Below, one piece after another: positions 38,604 through 51,437 of a DNA stretch of 64,000 bases. This stretch comes from Felis catus (taxonomy: Eukaryota), in NCBI RefSeq assembly GCF_018350175.1, contig NC_058368.1, positions 177,260,001-177,324,000 on the forward strand, written 5' to 3'. The notes under the pieces are model-generated. The model ran no database searches. It was not told the DNA's origin and worked only from the letters and a program-made list of their open reading frames with translations. A program made the position numbers and the translations under genes. The stretch's first letter is position 1; each line of letters opens with the position of its first letter.

Positions 38604-38999
38604 TGTTATGGGATGAATAGTGCCCCCCCCCCCTCCCAAATCCATACGTTGAAGCCCTAACCTCCAGTATCTCAGAACGGGACTGTGTTTGCAGACACTG
38701 TCTTTAAAAGGGTCGTGAGGGTGGACCCGAGTGTAATATGACTGGTGTCCTTATAAGAGAAGGAAATTTGGACACACAGCAAGACACCAGGGTTACAAGC
38801 ACAGAGGACAGATCACGCGCAGGCAGAGGAAGCAGGATGCCATCTGCAGGCCAAGGAAAGAGGCCTCCGCAGACATCAAACCTGCTGACACCTTGACCTT
38901 GGACTCCCAGCCTCCAGATCTGTGAGAAAATAAGTTTCTGTTGTTTAAGCCACCCAGCCTGTCGTAGTTTATTGTGGCAGCCTTAGCAAAGCCGACGCA
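38604..38999 (+). mobile_element. MaLR solo LTR, MLT1B/C-like
   Basis: tgttatgggatgaat...gttgaagccctaacctccag...gactggtgtccttataagaga...cctgctgacaccttgaccttggactcccagcctccag...aataagtttctgttgtttaagccaccc. Confidence 0.88.
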
Positions 39000-40363
39000 C
39001 CACCGAAACCTCATTTTACAAGAGGGAAGGAAAGGAATTTATCCCTTTGTTCCACAAAACTTTCCCGGATGCCCACCATGAGCTAGGCATGCCTCTGGAT
39101 GCTGGGGAAAGCGCAGTGCAGGAGACAGGCAGGCAGCCCGACAGGAAGTGTGTCCAGCACTTCCACGTCTAGTCTCCCCTGTCATCACCGGGAGCCCAAG
39201 ATGAAAGCCAGAGCCACTTTACTGCAAAGCGTGCTTTCTTTTCATGACCCCTTGTGGGACCCCAGGACCGAACTGTCTTATGCTGTGTGTACACCTGTTG
39301 CATTAATCAGGATGTACTTGGCTGCAAGTAATAGGACGCTCATCTAACAGTAGCGAAAGCAATAAAAACATCTTATGCTGTAAATCTGCAGGCAGGCAGT
39401 TGGGCATAGGCTGGTTCAGTGATCAGAGTTCACATCAAGGACTCTCCTTCTGTATTCTGCTCCCCGCCATGTATTCCTTTTAGGAGTCCAGCCTTGTCAC
39501 CTCATAGTCTTAAAAGGCTGCCATAGCTGAGAGTGTCAGTCTTCACATATCATGGTCAAAGCAGAAAGTAGGGAGCTTCCCATGTATCGGGGGCGGGGGG
39601 GGGGGGTGGGAAGACCTGCCCCAGAGGCTTTAGCAGGCATTTCTTCGACAAGAACTGGCTCACAGGATCAGCCTTAGCTACAAGGGATGGGAAAGTGAGT
39701 AATTAATAAAAGGGAATGGGGGGCACCTTGGCTTTCAGAGATGTAGCATGTGTGTCCCCTAAGGCTGGGCACAGCCTACCAAGATGGGAGTTCTGTTAGC
39801 AAAGACAAAGAGAGGGACTGGATGTTGGGAGTGGGGGGCACCTAGGTGTGTGGGCTACTCTTGGCCCCATCCAGCCCTTAGGGTAACACTGCTGTCATGG
39901 TTGTTACTCATGGGCAGATGGAAGTGATAACTTGAGGAGTGGGCATCCCCAGTGCTGAAGGAGGAGGGAGACAACCCGAACCTTGGGCAGCAGGGAGTGT
40001 GTCCTGTCCCGTCTGTGGCCCCGCGGCCCCAGCTGAGGCCAGGCACAGCATGTGGGCTCAGCAGGTGTTCCGGGAGTGAAGGAACCCATGTGGGGGCAAA
40101 TGAAACTGCGGTGGCAGAGATGGCTGCCCTGTCGCCCAGTGTCCTTTATCCCCGCCGTGCCCCCAATACATTCCTTCTGGAGCCTGGTTCCAGTAAAAAT
40201 GTTGTCTCTGCCGAGGTTTGAACATGCTTTCTGTTGTCGGAAAATGAAAACTATGCAACCCGATGTGTTTCTCTTTCTGCCTCAGCTGCCAGAAGCCGGA
40301 GCCAAATGTGTCGCCCAAGTGCTGGGGGCCGTGCTCCCTGGTTTCTCAGCACCGCCCCGGCCT

Positions 40364-40378
40364 CCTCCAGGGGGCGCT
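40364..40378 (+). promoter_or_regulatory. CTCF-like core motif
   Basis: CCTCCAGGGGGCGCT, one mismatch to CCACCAGGGGGCGCT, in CpG-containing unique DNA. Confidence 0.55.
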
Positions 40379-42124
40379 GTTCAGGCTCACCTGCCTGTGT
40401 CAGAACCTCGGGGCACCCCCAACGCCCCGTCCCGCGGGTAGGGGGCAGATCGGCAAGAAACCCACGTGCTTGGCAGACTCACCTGGGAGCGCAAAGGCGT
40501 CAGAACTGCTCAAGTGTCTCCTGAGGCTCTGCTTCCTCTGATCTGGGAAGAGACAAAATAGGGGAGAGGAATGGGTTCCGTCAAAGCTGAAACCAAACAT
40601 TTTGGCTATCTTAACGACCACTGAATCACCGAATCCACCGTATTTTTCCACTTTCAAGTTGTTTCTGGGCTGCTGTGGAGACACGCCCTTCCTGGGTTTA
40701 ATGGCTTCGCTGTCAGGCGGTGGGGAGGAGGCGTATTTACTTTTCGCAGGGAAAATAGCGGTTAACGGTGGGACGGGTGGACCTGATTAGTAATCGGGTG
40801 ATTTATCCCATGAACGTTCTTTGGGTTTTCCTGGTGGTTTGCACTTGAACTTGGGCTGAATGGAGCAGGAGGAGGGGGTTGGAGGAAAAGGGCTTTTGGG
40901 AGAAAAGGGTGGGGCTGGCTCAGAGCGGGACAGGTGGAGATGTGCCCAGATCACAGATCCAGGGAAGATGTTGTTCCCTCCGTTGTCCCAGGCTCTTCCT
41001 CTGTGTTCATTCATTCATTTGCTTACTCTCGCACTCAACTGCATTTAAGGTTTCAAAATTCTGAGCACCTTCTCCGAGCTGGGGAACTAGCATACCTACT
41101 GAGCCCTGGGGGTGCAATGCTTTGAATAGGCATTCCTCCCTTCCCAGGAGAGCCTAGCCTCCCCAGGGGAAACAGATCATCCCCAAAAGGGATGGGTGCA
41201 AACGGCACGAGGTAACAATAACTAACCTGTTAGGCGTTCTCCGTGTACCAGACGCTGTTCCAAGGGCTTTTCATGTATTAAGTCGTTCACCTCATCAACA
41301 ATCCCAGGAACTAGATCCTGAGAAAATGAAGGCCCAGAAATGTGAATAACTGCCCACGGCCACACAGCAAACAGATCTGCACCTAGGCAGTCTGTCCGCC
41401 TTTTTACCATCATCCTTTCCTAGCTCCACTTTGGATATGAGGTGGGTCAGCCTCAAAAGAAAAAAAAAGGCGGGGGGGGGGGTACTTTGGAGAGAGTGAT
41501 TTGTGAGTCTGGGTCTTGAGGAGGGACTAGGGAAGTTTCTGAGGTAGAAGTGGCAACCCAAGACCCCCAGAGTTGAGGGTGCCTGCCACATGCCAAGAGC
41601 TGCGGGGGTGGGTGTGTCCTGAGAGGGGAAATGGAGAGGCAGACAGGGCCAGATAATGAAACTTTATTGAAGCAAGGGGGTGAGACAGTCTGATTTTAAA
41701 TGAAGAAAGAGCTCTGGGGCAGCTCAGTGGAGGATGCATTGTGGGTGGGGGTAGATTAGAGCAGGGCAGTTTCAGCTTTTTGGCACCCACTTTCCCTTTT
41801 GCTCTGACCTTCCCCAGGGGATCTCACTCTGCCTCCCCTTTGCTCTCAAGCCAGGGAGTTTGGATGAGTCCAGCTAGACTTGAGGGGTGGGCATAGGACT
41901 CAGGGCTGGCCAATCAGCTTCTTCCATCCCTCTGGGCCCAGGGATTGGCTCAGGAGTATACATGTGACCCAAATCAGGCCAATGAGACTCAGTTCTGGGA
42001 TTTTTGTCAGACCTGTTAGGGAAAAGAGACTCTTTCCACGGAGGTTGCTGAACTGAGGATGTAAGCCTGTAACTGCAGGGGCCATATCATCATTTCCTGG
42101 GAAGCATCTGCTTGAAAATGAAGC

Positions 42125-42756
42125 TGTATTAGTTTGCTAGGGCTGCGATACCAAAGCACCAGAGACTGGGCAGCTTAAATTCAACACTCGTTTATTTCTT
42201 CATAGCTCTGGAGTTGGAAGTCCAAGATCAAGGTGTCAACAAGGTTGGCTTCTTCTGAGGCCTCTCTCCTTGGCTTGTAAATGACTATCTTCTGGTGTCT
42301 TCACATGGTCTTCCCTCTGTGTCTGTCTGTGTTCAAATCTCCTTTGCTTATAAGGAAACCAGTCATATTGGAGTAGGGCCCACCCATGTAACCTCATTTT
42401 CCCTGACTTATCTTTTTAAAGATCCTGTCACAACACATAGTGACATTTTAAGGCACTTTATTTTTTTTTTTAATTTTTTTTTCAACGTTTATGTATCTTT
42501 GGGACAGAGAGAGACAGAGCATGAACGGGGGAGGGGCAGAGAGAGAGGGAGACACAGAATCGGAAACAGGCTCCAGGCTCCGAGCCATCAGCCCAGAGCC
42601 TGACGCGGGGCTCGAACTCACGGACCGCAAGACCGTGACCTGGCTGAAGTCGGACGCTTAACCGACTGCGCCACCCAGGCGCCCCTATAAGGCACTTTAA
42701 ATGGAGGTAGGACTTTAGCATATGAATTCTGAGGAGACACACTTCAGCTCATAACA
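42125..42756 (-). mobile_element. MaLR solo LTR, MLT1B-like, containing a young SINE
   Basis: tgtattagtttgctagggctg...cagctcataaca; 5-bp TSD-like GAAGC/GAAAC. Confidence 0.85.
42461..42685 (-). mobile_element. Young SINEC_Fc-type Can-SINE
   Basis: Nearly identical to the 33053 copy; TSD TAAGGCACTTTA at 42449-42460 and 42688-42699. Confidence 0.95.
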
Positions 42757-45221
42757 GAAACCAAAACAGAAAAAAACCACCTGAAGGTAGAGTAAGAGAC
42801 TGAGTCCTGACCTTATTTGAGCTCCTGGATCCAGTGGTACCTAAAGCTGAACTCATACTATCCCGGACTCTACATTTCATGAGCCAATAAATACCTAAGC
42901 ATTATTTCCCCCTTTTTATTAAACTAATTGAATTGGCTTTCTCTTACTACATCTGAAATTCCTGAGTAACATACAGGGGAACCAGTTAGTAAGATAGTCC
43001 ACCTCTAATTAAACTTCATCTTGCAAGATAGTGCTTGTATTTGCACCCAGGTCTATCCAACTCCAATAGCCAGAGGTAGCAAATCCAGAAAAAATATCAT
43101 CTGAGTTGGCACCAGCCTCTTCCCACTTAGGCAGGAATTTCCACCTTAGCCCTGAAGCCATGGGGGACAGGGCTGGAGAAACCTCCTTTACCCCCAACAT
43201 TTCTAATGCATAGAGTAGGCTAGGGTGCTGGCGAGTAAAAATAAAAATGCAGTTGGGGGTTAAAAAGGCTTTCAAGAAGGGGAGAGATCATGTTGAGAAG
43301 CCTTGGATGGGGCCGTGAAGGATGAGCTGAGAGTAACGCTTCACAGGTGGTATCTCCCTGGGAGACGCTCAGACAGAACTCAGGAGCAGCGGTTTGGCTC
43401 AAGGTGTTAACAGGCAGGAGTCGTCCAGCAAGCACTGTGCTGGGTGTAGCTTCTTCAGACCTCGTGTGAGGTGCTGAGCAAGGAGAGGCCACGGCTGAGG
43501 TGGTCCCCATCAGCTGCGCAGAAATGAAGAGAAAGCAATAGAAACGGGGTGAAGAGGGAGTTCAGTCTCTGTGCCTTGCAGTCTTGAAGTGGATGCCTGA
43601 CCCTTCCGTGGCTTTGATCTCTGCCATTCTCATTGCTGCTGAGTCCAGCTTGGGGTCTCCTTCAACAGAAGAGGGATTTGGAGGGGCCTCCTAGGTACCA
43701 GGCCTTAGCCTCCTCCCGCAATGCTCAGAGGTGGCCCTTCTGGTGGTGAGACGAGGGTACCAACAGCCCTGGGGACTCAACACACCAGCGTTCACTTGGT
43801 GCTCTGGGCTTGACCAACCTGGTGACTTGTGGTGAGTGGCTTACTAGGGCTCAGCGCTTTTCATCCTCACCCTGGCTAAACGGTACCAGATAATCTCAGT
43901 CTCACCGCCTTCTCATGAAGCGTACGTGAAACCGAGTAGTAACAAAGGGACAGGCTCTGGGGTCTGGGTTTAAATCCCGGTCTATTTCCTTATTAAGCTG
44001 AGTGACCTTGGGCCAGTCGCTTACCTTTTCCGAGCCTCGGTTTCCTGATCTGTAAAGTAGGCACAGCAGCTCATCGTGGGCGTGACTGTGAGGACTGCCT
44101 GAGCTAAAGCATGTAAACTTCATGAGGACTGGCGGTTTTGTCATTTTATTTTATTTTTATTTGTGGTTCCTGAGACATAAAGACAGTAAATAAATGCGAG
44201 TCATTGTTACTGTTAACTCGATTCATGATCGTCTGGCATTGGCTGAGACCGCTGGGTGGCGTCCTACAGGGGCTGTCTGTGGGCTTGTGGTCCAGGCGGG
44301 AAAGAGAAGACACCACAGCCGGCCTACTTAGTAACCTGCCTTCAGTTCTGTAAGAGAGGGTGCAAGCAGAGGCCAGGGGATGTCCTGGTTAAGCACCTCA
44401 CATGCATTATTTCACTGCATTCTCGCCACAACCCATCAGCTAGATGGATTTATTACCCCTTTTTTATAGGTGAGAAAGCCGAGGCTCAGACAGTGGCTGA
44501 GGTCACACTGCCAAGGAATAGTACAGCCAGGGTTGGTACCCGCATTTGTGCAGCTCCAAACCCTTTGTATTTAAACGGGGAGACACAGGGAGGAAAAGGC
44601 TAGAGGTGGAGGTGAAAGGCGGGTTCCCAGGGGGATCGCGGCGGTCCTCCAGCAATGAGCCCAGCGATGAGCTGCAAGGGCCAGGGTCCCGCTGCTCTGA
44701 ATTAATTCTTTAGCAAGTGGCTTGATGAACCAGCTCCCAGCTGAAACAGGACGGGGGCGGGGGGCGGGGGGGCTCTTTATGGGTGGGGGATGGAGCACAG
44801 AAACCACCCCTCCCCCTGCCGGCGCTGGCCTTCCAAGGTGAACAGAACACAGCCGGTGTTGGAATGGCAGTGCCCACTGCCCTAAAAGCCATCCGGGAAA
44901 TGGCCCCTTTCCTTGTGAACCCACAAACAATAGAGAAAAAGTGGCCAGCCCAGAAGCATTGCAGAAGCATTGCGGTGTGGCCAAGTTCACCAATCAAGGG
45001 AGAGCAGAGTGGCCTCCGGGTCACCCACCTGCCAAAGGAACACGGCGGGCCCCTTCCGAGGGGTTAGGGTTGGGGTGGGGGTTCTGGCCACTGCCCCTGG
45101 ACCAGGACTGCCCCTGAGTTGGACTGAGAGCCCAAATGCTCGTGTGCATCTTTCTTATTCATTTGTTTAACTGAGAGAGAAGATAGATTTGGGAAAACTT
45201 CTATTAAAAATGCATTATCAG

Positions 45222-45683
45222 GGGGGTACCTGGGTGGCTTAGTTGGCTAAGCGTCCGACTTTAGCTCAGGTCATGATCTCGAGGTTCAAGAGTTCGACCT
45301 CCATATCGGGCTCTGTGCTGACAGGTCAGAGCCTGGAGCCTGCTTCAGATTGTGTCTCCCTCTCTCTGCCCCTCCCCTACTCACACTCTGTGTGTGTCTC
45401 TCTCTCTCAAAAATAAATAAAACCGTTAAAAAATTTTAAAAATGCATAATTATGGGGGTGCCTGGGTGGCTCAGTCAGTTAAACATCGAACTTCGGCTCA
45501 GGTCATGATCTCGCAATTGGTAGGTTCGAGCCCCACGCTAGTCTCTGTGCTGACATCTCGGCAGAGCCTGGAGCCGGCTTCAGATTTTGTGTCTCCCTCT
45601 CTCTCTGCCCCTCCCCTGCTCTCTCTCTCTGTCTCTGTCTCTCTCTCAAAAATAAATAAACATTAAAAATTAAAAAAAAAAAA
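45222..45683 (+). mobile_element. Two tandem Can-SINEs (~45222-45440 and ~45455-45683)
   Basis: Two consecutive units of head, (CT)n, AATAAA and A tail. Confidence 0.9.
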
Positions 45684-45985
45684 CACTGTCAGGAAGGAAT
45701 TTCTTGAATGATTCTTAGATAGCTCTGAGAATCAAGAGACAAGTGGCAGGATGAGCCTTAGGCAAGAAGGAGGAAACTGAGGCATGGAGAAGTCCCTGCC
45801 CAGAGATGGTCCCTTTCACACAAAGGTACTGACACCATTGCCATGGGACACTTGCAATCCCCAGTGGCACTACCAGCCCTGGGTCTCATCTACCCCCGCT
45901 GAACGGAATACCATTGAAGCCTCTCTGAGCCATCTCTCTCTCTGTGCCTTTGGGTTCCTCCTTCCAGAGACAAATTCCCCACACA

Positions 45986-46146
45986 CCGGGTTGGGGAAAA
46001 AAAAAAAAAAAACAACACAGGATGCCCATTGAAATTTAAATTTCAGATAATAAAAAAGCTTTCTTAGTTGATGAAGTGGTTGTTTATCTGCGATTCAAAT
46101 GTAACTGGGCCTTGTCTATTTTTATTTGCTAACTCTGGCCCGCTTA
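45986..46146. mobile_element. MER53-like palindromic hAT MITE
   Basis: caggatgcccattgaaatttaaatttcagataa...ttatctgcgattcaaatgtaactgggcc...tatttgctaactctgg. Confidence 0.75.
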
Positions 46147-47915
46147 CCCAAAGGGCCTTGCTCTGTTTTAGGTCGGTGGGAGGGGATATCTGCTCCTCCG
46201 CTTCTGTAGCAAGAACGCCAGTCTGGAAGGACTGGATTGATTGTATTGTTGGATGCAGCGTAGTCACAAAACAGATCAACTGCAATTCCTCAAAACCTGC
46301 CTTTAAGAAACACGTCGCACGCCTGACTTGTTTTCAAAGCTGCCTTCACCCAGAGAGGGCCTGGGTGGCAGGAATGACTCACACGGTCATTCCTTTTCTG
46401 TGCCCACTTTTCATAACACAAAAGATGTCCCTTCCCCACTCTCCCCGCACTGGGCCGCCGTCTTGGAGGCAGAGAACTCAAGGACCTTTCTGGAACGAGC
46501 CTGAAGTCTTTACCAACGTACCCTCGTCACTCAAGAGCAGGTGACGGAGCTGAGCTGAAATGGAAATAATCTATGGGGTTGACTGTCTAGGCAGGGCTCC
46601 ATCCTCTGGACGGGGAGGAAAGCAGACACAAGTGGGCTTTGGCTAAAGCTCTCACCACCTGTCTTCCCCAAGCCATCCTCAGACTGCCTGGGCCCTAGTC
46701 AGAATTGGCCCAGGGCTGTTTCTCGCTCTCATTTCAAAGGATTTGTGCTTCCACTGAAGGAAAAGTTTGAATTTTCACAGTGAATAATTTAACAAAAGGT
46801 AAGAAACAGTAGGTGCCACACCTCCTCTTTCTTATCTTTTTGGTTGGGGGAGGTTCTATGAGAGAAAATGAATATTTTAGCTTGAGACAGCTTGGCCTGA
46901 GATCAAGTTTAGAAAGAAAGGCATCTATTAATTGAAAACATCATTTTGGGGGCCCTTAATTTAAGGGAAACAGGTGCAAGTTTGTGGTTTTAGAGTCTTT
47001 CTTGTGGAAAAAAGAAGAAAAAGTGCCCCAGATAAGGTCTCTCCAAAGCCAGCAGAGCTTTACTCTTCAGCCCCTAATTACTTAGAAGGTGATTGAGAAG
47101 ATTAACTGAGATGTTAAAAGAAAACCAGCTCACACCCTTCTAGGGAATACTCCCAAACCTCTTTTTTAAAAATTTCTTTTTCTTCCTTTGCAAAGCTGAA
47201 GAGAGTGCGAACGTGTAGAGCGATTTCGAAAACGTTCTCTTACAATACTGTCCATTCCTGAGTGGGTTCCCACACCTCATCCACTTTTATTCTGGATCTC
47301 GTGAGGCCTGGGCCTTCCTTCTCTTTTTGTACAAGCTCAAACAGAGCTGCTATTTCTCCTTTGCCATTTCCCTGGTGTATTTTTCAGCGTTTTCTCTGGT
47401 TGTGAAGGGACGGGAATGTCCAGGTCAAAAAGTCTTAGAAGAAGAGAGTAATATTTTCATGCCGGCTGCACATTGGGTGCGTGAATATGTCGTATCTCGG
47501 CATCCTCACAGTAAAACCATGGGAGCTCGTGGAGGCTGTCTTCCTCCCTAAGCCTCTTTTGAAGGTTGAGGAAACGGAGGCTCAGAGAGGACAAGGGACA
47601 TGCCCAAGGTGGTCCAGCTCAGAAGTAGCAGCGTTGAACTTGAAAGCCAGGTCCGTCTGATCATCAAGACTTTGCACTACAGTGCCTCCCACCTTTGCAA
47701 GCACAGGGGCGGCAAATCAAACTACCAGCTATGAAAATACACAGATTTTTTTCTTCGAAATAGTTCACAGCATCTTCCTGTCTCAGGGAACTGTTCAATG
47801 GTTATCTTTAGTCAAATGTAAATTACTGCCATGTTTTCGGGGGAGATTCTCAATTTCGTGTTACTGATCAAGAGAGGGGGTCAGTGGAACCTGTTTTTTC
47901 AAGGAAGGAATATGC

Positions 47916-48468
47916 TGTATTAGTTATCTGTTGTTGTGTAACAAATTACCCCAAAATTTAGCATCTTGAAATAACGACATTTATTTTCTCACAGTTTCTG
48001 TAGGTCAGCAATCTGGCAATGACCTAGCTGGATCCTCTGGCTCAGGGCCTCTCATGGACTATAGACAAGGTGTTAGGTGGGGCTGTCGTCATCAGAAGGG
48101 TTGACTAGGGACAAGGTCTGCTTCCACGCTCACTCACGTGGTTGTTGACAGGCTTCAGTCCCCCACAGGCTGTTGTGGGCCTCAGGGAGGAACTGGCTAA
48201 TGGCCTGAGTCCCTTGCCGCATGGCCCTGCCCAATATGGCTGCTTGCTTCATCCAAGTGTACAAGCAGTGAAGGCAATAGGACTGGGTCGGCAAGATGGG
48301 AGCCACGGCCTTTTCTAACCTAATCATGAAAGTGAAATGATCCCATCACTTTTTGCTGCAGAAGCAAGCCACTGGGTCCAGCCTGCGCTCAAGGGGAGGG
48401 GATTACACAAGGGTGTGAATACCAGGAGGCAGGGATCACTGACGGCCACGTCAGCAGCTGCCTACCGC
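47916..48468 (-). mobile_element. MaLR LTR, MLT1F/G-like
   Basis: tgtattagttatctgttgttgtgtaacaaattaccccaaaa...tctcacagtttctgtaggtcag...gctgcctacc. Confidence 0.8.
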
Positions 48469-48809
48469 GCAATGGAAAAGAAGCCGTGGTGATCAGAGTA
48501 ACAGGAACGAGGCTGGTGGTGATAGCCAGTATTTATTCGTAGTTTGATGTGCAGGCACGGGGCTAACCCCCTTCTTTGCGTTATCTCACTTAATTCCACA
48601 CTACTCTTTGAACCAGGAAGATTTGTTAACTTTCCTGAGTTACTGCGGCAAAGACAGTAGAGCCTGACTCTGCTGGTTCCCACTTCAGAGACTGTCCCTT
48701 TCCATGATGCAGATGCCTGACTGAACCCACTGGGCTGCTGGAGCCAAAGCAAGCACTTTGGAGACAGGAGTCGGACAGACAAAGCCGAACTCACTGCTCA
48801 TCAGAAAAT

Positions 48810-49560
48810 TGCACATGATTGCAACCAGAAGCCATTTCTTACCCATCAGATTGGGGGGGGGGGGGTGGAGTTAAGTTGGTGAGAGTGTGGGGGAATTCTC
48901 ATGCACTGCTGAGAGACTATAAATTTGTACTGCCACTTTGGAGGGAAATTTGGCAGGATCTATTAAAATTTTAAAAGGACATAAAAATAAAAAATGTGCA
49001 TAGCCTATGACCCAGCAATTACACTTTTAAGTATCTACCCTAGAGAAATGCTTGCACATGTGCATGAAGAGCTCTGGACACGAATTTTCATTCCATTGTT
49101 GTTTCTAAGGGTAAGAAGTAAATCACGGAATTGGAAATGATCTAAATGTCCATCAGTAAAACAAAATGGCTAAATGAATTGTAGAACATCCATACTATGA
49201 AAAACTATGAAACAGGTAAATAGAATGAGGTAGATCTTTAAGTATGGCATGGAAAAATCTCTAAAACATGTTGTGGAATGAGAAAGACAAGTTGCAGAAT
49301 GATACCCTCAGTATGATACCATATGTGTAATCCCCAAAAATATTACAGATCATTTGTAATATTGTGCATTGTACATTTACATATACAGTATAACTGTATA
49401 TATTATATTACATATGATATATACACATACAAATACATGTGTTGTCTGTATACAAATAGAAGTATGTTCAAATGCATGGGAATGGCCTGGAAGGGTGCTC
49501 AAGAAACTGATAACAGGAGAGGAAGGAGGATAAGAGACTAGACTTGAGGGATGGTCAAAG
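48810..49560 (+). mobile_element. Old L1 (L1ME-like) 3' fragment
   Basis: ccactttggagggaaatttggcag...gacccagcaattacacttttaagtatctaccctagagaaa...ctaaatgtccatcagta. Confidence 0.8.
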
Positions 49561-49589
49561 GAAACCTCAGCTTTGTAGGTAGTATTATT

Positions 49590-49855
49590 TTGTTGTAAGT
49601 AGGCTCTATGCCCAATGTGATACTTGAACTCATAACCCTGAGATTAAGAGTCACATGCTCCACTGACTGAGCCAGCCAGGCACCCCAAAGGTACTTTTTT
49701 ACAAAGTAGCTCTACACCTAACATGAGGCTTGAACTCATGACTCTGAGATCAAGAGTCACATGCTCTACTGATTGAGCCAGCCAGGTGTCCCCTGTATAT
49801 GGTATTTTTGGTATTTTTTAAAGAAAAAGTTTAATTACCTTACTTATATCAGTTG

Positions 49856-49904
<49 letters not shown>

Positions 49905-50096
49905 AAGTTTTTAATTTTATTTGAGAGACAGAGAGAGTGTGGGGGAGAGGGGCAGAGGGAGAGAGAGAGAGAATATTAAGCAGACTCCATGCTCAGGATG
50001 GAGCCCAATGCAGGGCTCGATCCCATAACCCTGGGACCATGACCTGAGCCAAAATCAAGAGTCAGATGCTCAACCGACTGAGCCACCCAGGTGCCC
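49590..50096 (-). mobile_element. Two short older Can-SINEs, (CT)n at 49859-49897 and a full Can-SINE (~49900-50096)
   Basis: Repeated ...aagagtcacatgctc...gactgagccagccagg heads and a SINEC body. Confidence 0.82.
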
Positions 50097-51148
50097 AGAG
50101 CCTATCTCCTCTTAAAACCATGACTGTAAGCCCCACTCAATGATTTCCCTCATATTGAATTGGCCAGAACTGGGTTACATGGCCACCCTTAGCTGCAAAG
50201 GGGTCTGAGAAGGTGATGAGTTTTTAGCTTTGCTAGTAGAGGAAAGCAAGGAAGAATTGTGAGGAGCTGTTGGGTGGCCAATTAAAAACATCTGTCAGAG
50301 TTCAATCTATAGTTACTCAGCATTCACACATGCCTTTCTTTCTATACATATACTCTGTATATAGTCTAAAGTCCAAAGTCAATTGCTACATCTGTCTTGA
50401 ACTCTGGGATCTTTGAGTGACGAAATGCAGGCCACCCATTAGATCCAGATGTGAGACGACACTGCCTTGTCTATTATCTTAGCTATGTGTGAGACAGATT
50501 TTAGGGTGGGTGTCTTTTCTGGGGACTGTACCGGCTTTAGTAGCCCATTCTTCTTGGTGAGAGTTTGACTCCCAAAGATTATTTGTAGGGTTTAACAGCC
50601 TATCATAGGCCAAGCTCAGATTGTTTTGGAAATATATATCCCTCAAAAATGTAATAGAGATTGGTCTTTGATTTCAGAGACTTCCATGTATAAGTACCCA
50701 CAGCAAAAGGTTTCATGTAGACATAGTGTGTAAGCCTAAAGAGTCTCCTCTTTTACCCACTCTCTGTGCTCTGCCCAACACTCTAGTCCCTGGTTTAATG
50801 GCTAATTCTTTGGGGCAATTTAATATAGTGATCTTGAGTGGAGAGATACCTCCTTTAATTTGATCTTTGTTGGTGCTCCTCCTTTATTTGACAGCTCTTA
50901 GGGGAAGATTCTAGACAATAGTCTAAGTCTGATCTCATTTCCTGTTAACATTGTAGCTTCATTGCTGTTACATGGGCTTTTCCAACTTGGAAGCCTTCAA
51001 ATTCTGGAATTCTCAGTCAATTTAGATTATAGGCTGCAGTCAGAAGGTGCCTCTCTTAGCAAAACACTATCCCTTCCAGTGGCTTGCAGACTGGCTAGGT
51101 CTTGTCTGAGATCATCTCTCTTTTGCAGGACTTTATTAAAAATGGCAA

Positions 51149-51350
51149 GGGGTGCCTGGGTGGCTCAGTGGGTTAAGCGTCTGACTTCGGCTCAGGTCAT
51201 GATCTCACGGTTTGTGGGTTCAGGCCCTGCATCGGGCTCTGTGCTGACAGCTCAGAGCCTGGGCTCTGCTTCGGATTCTGTGTCTCCCTCTCTCTCTGCC
51301 CCTTTTCTGCTTGTGCTCTCTCTCAAAAATAAATAAACATTTTTAAAAAA
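51149..51350 (+). mobile_element. Can-SINE
   Basis: ggggtgcctgggtggctcagtgggttaagcg...aaaaataaataaac. Confidence 0.92.
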
Positions 51351-51437
51351 TAGCGAGAAGTAGCCGGCATGGACTAATATTCTGGAATTTTCCTATCATT
51401 TCTTCTGGCTCTTCAATCTCAGTTGGCATGAAGTCTT

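Larger units (their letters stand above)
41830..42974 (+). mobile_element. ERVL LTR (LTR33/LTR16-like), split by an MLT1 insertion
   Basis: Left part ggccaatcag...gattggctcagg...catgtgacccaaatcaggccaatgaga; right part gagctcctggatccag...gagccaataaa...aacataca. Confidence 0.65.

Noticed and set aside
45986..46146. Long imperfect palindrome, possible ncRNA hairpin
   Set aside because: Explained by the inherent palindromy of a MER53-like MITE.
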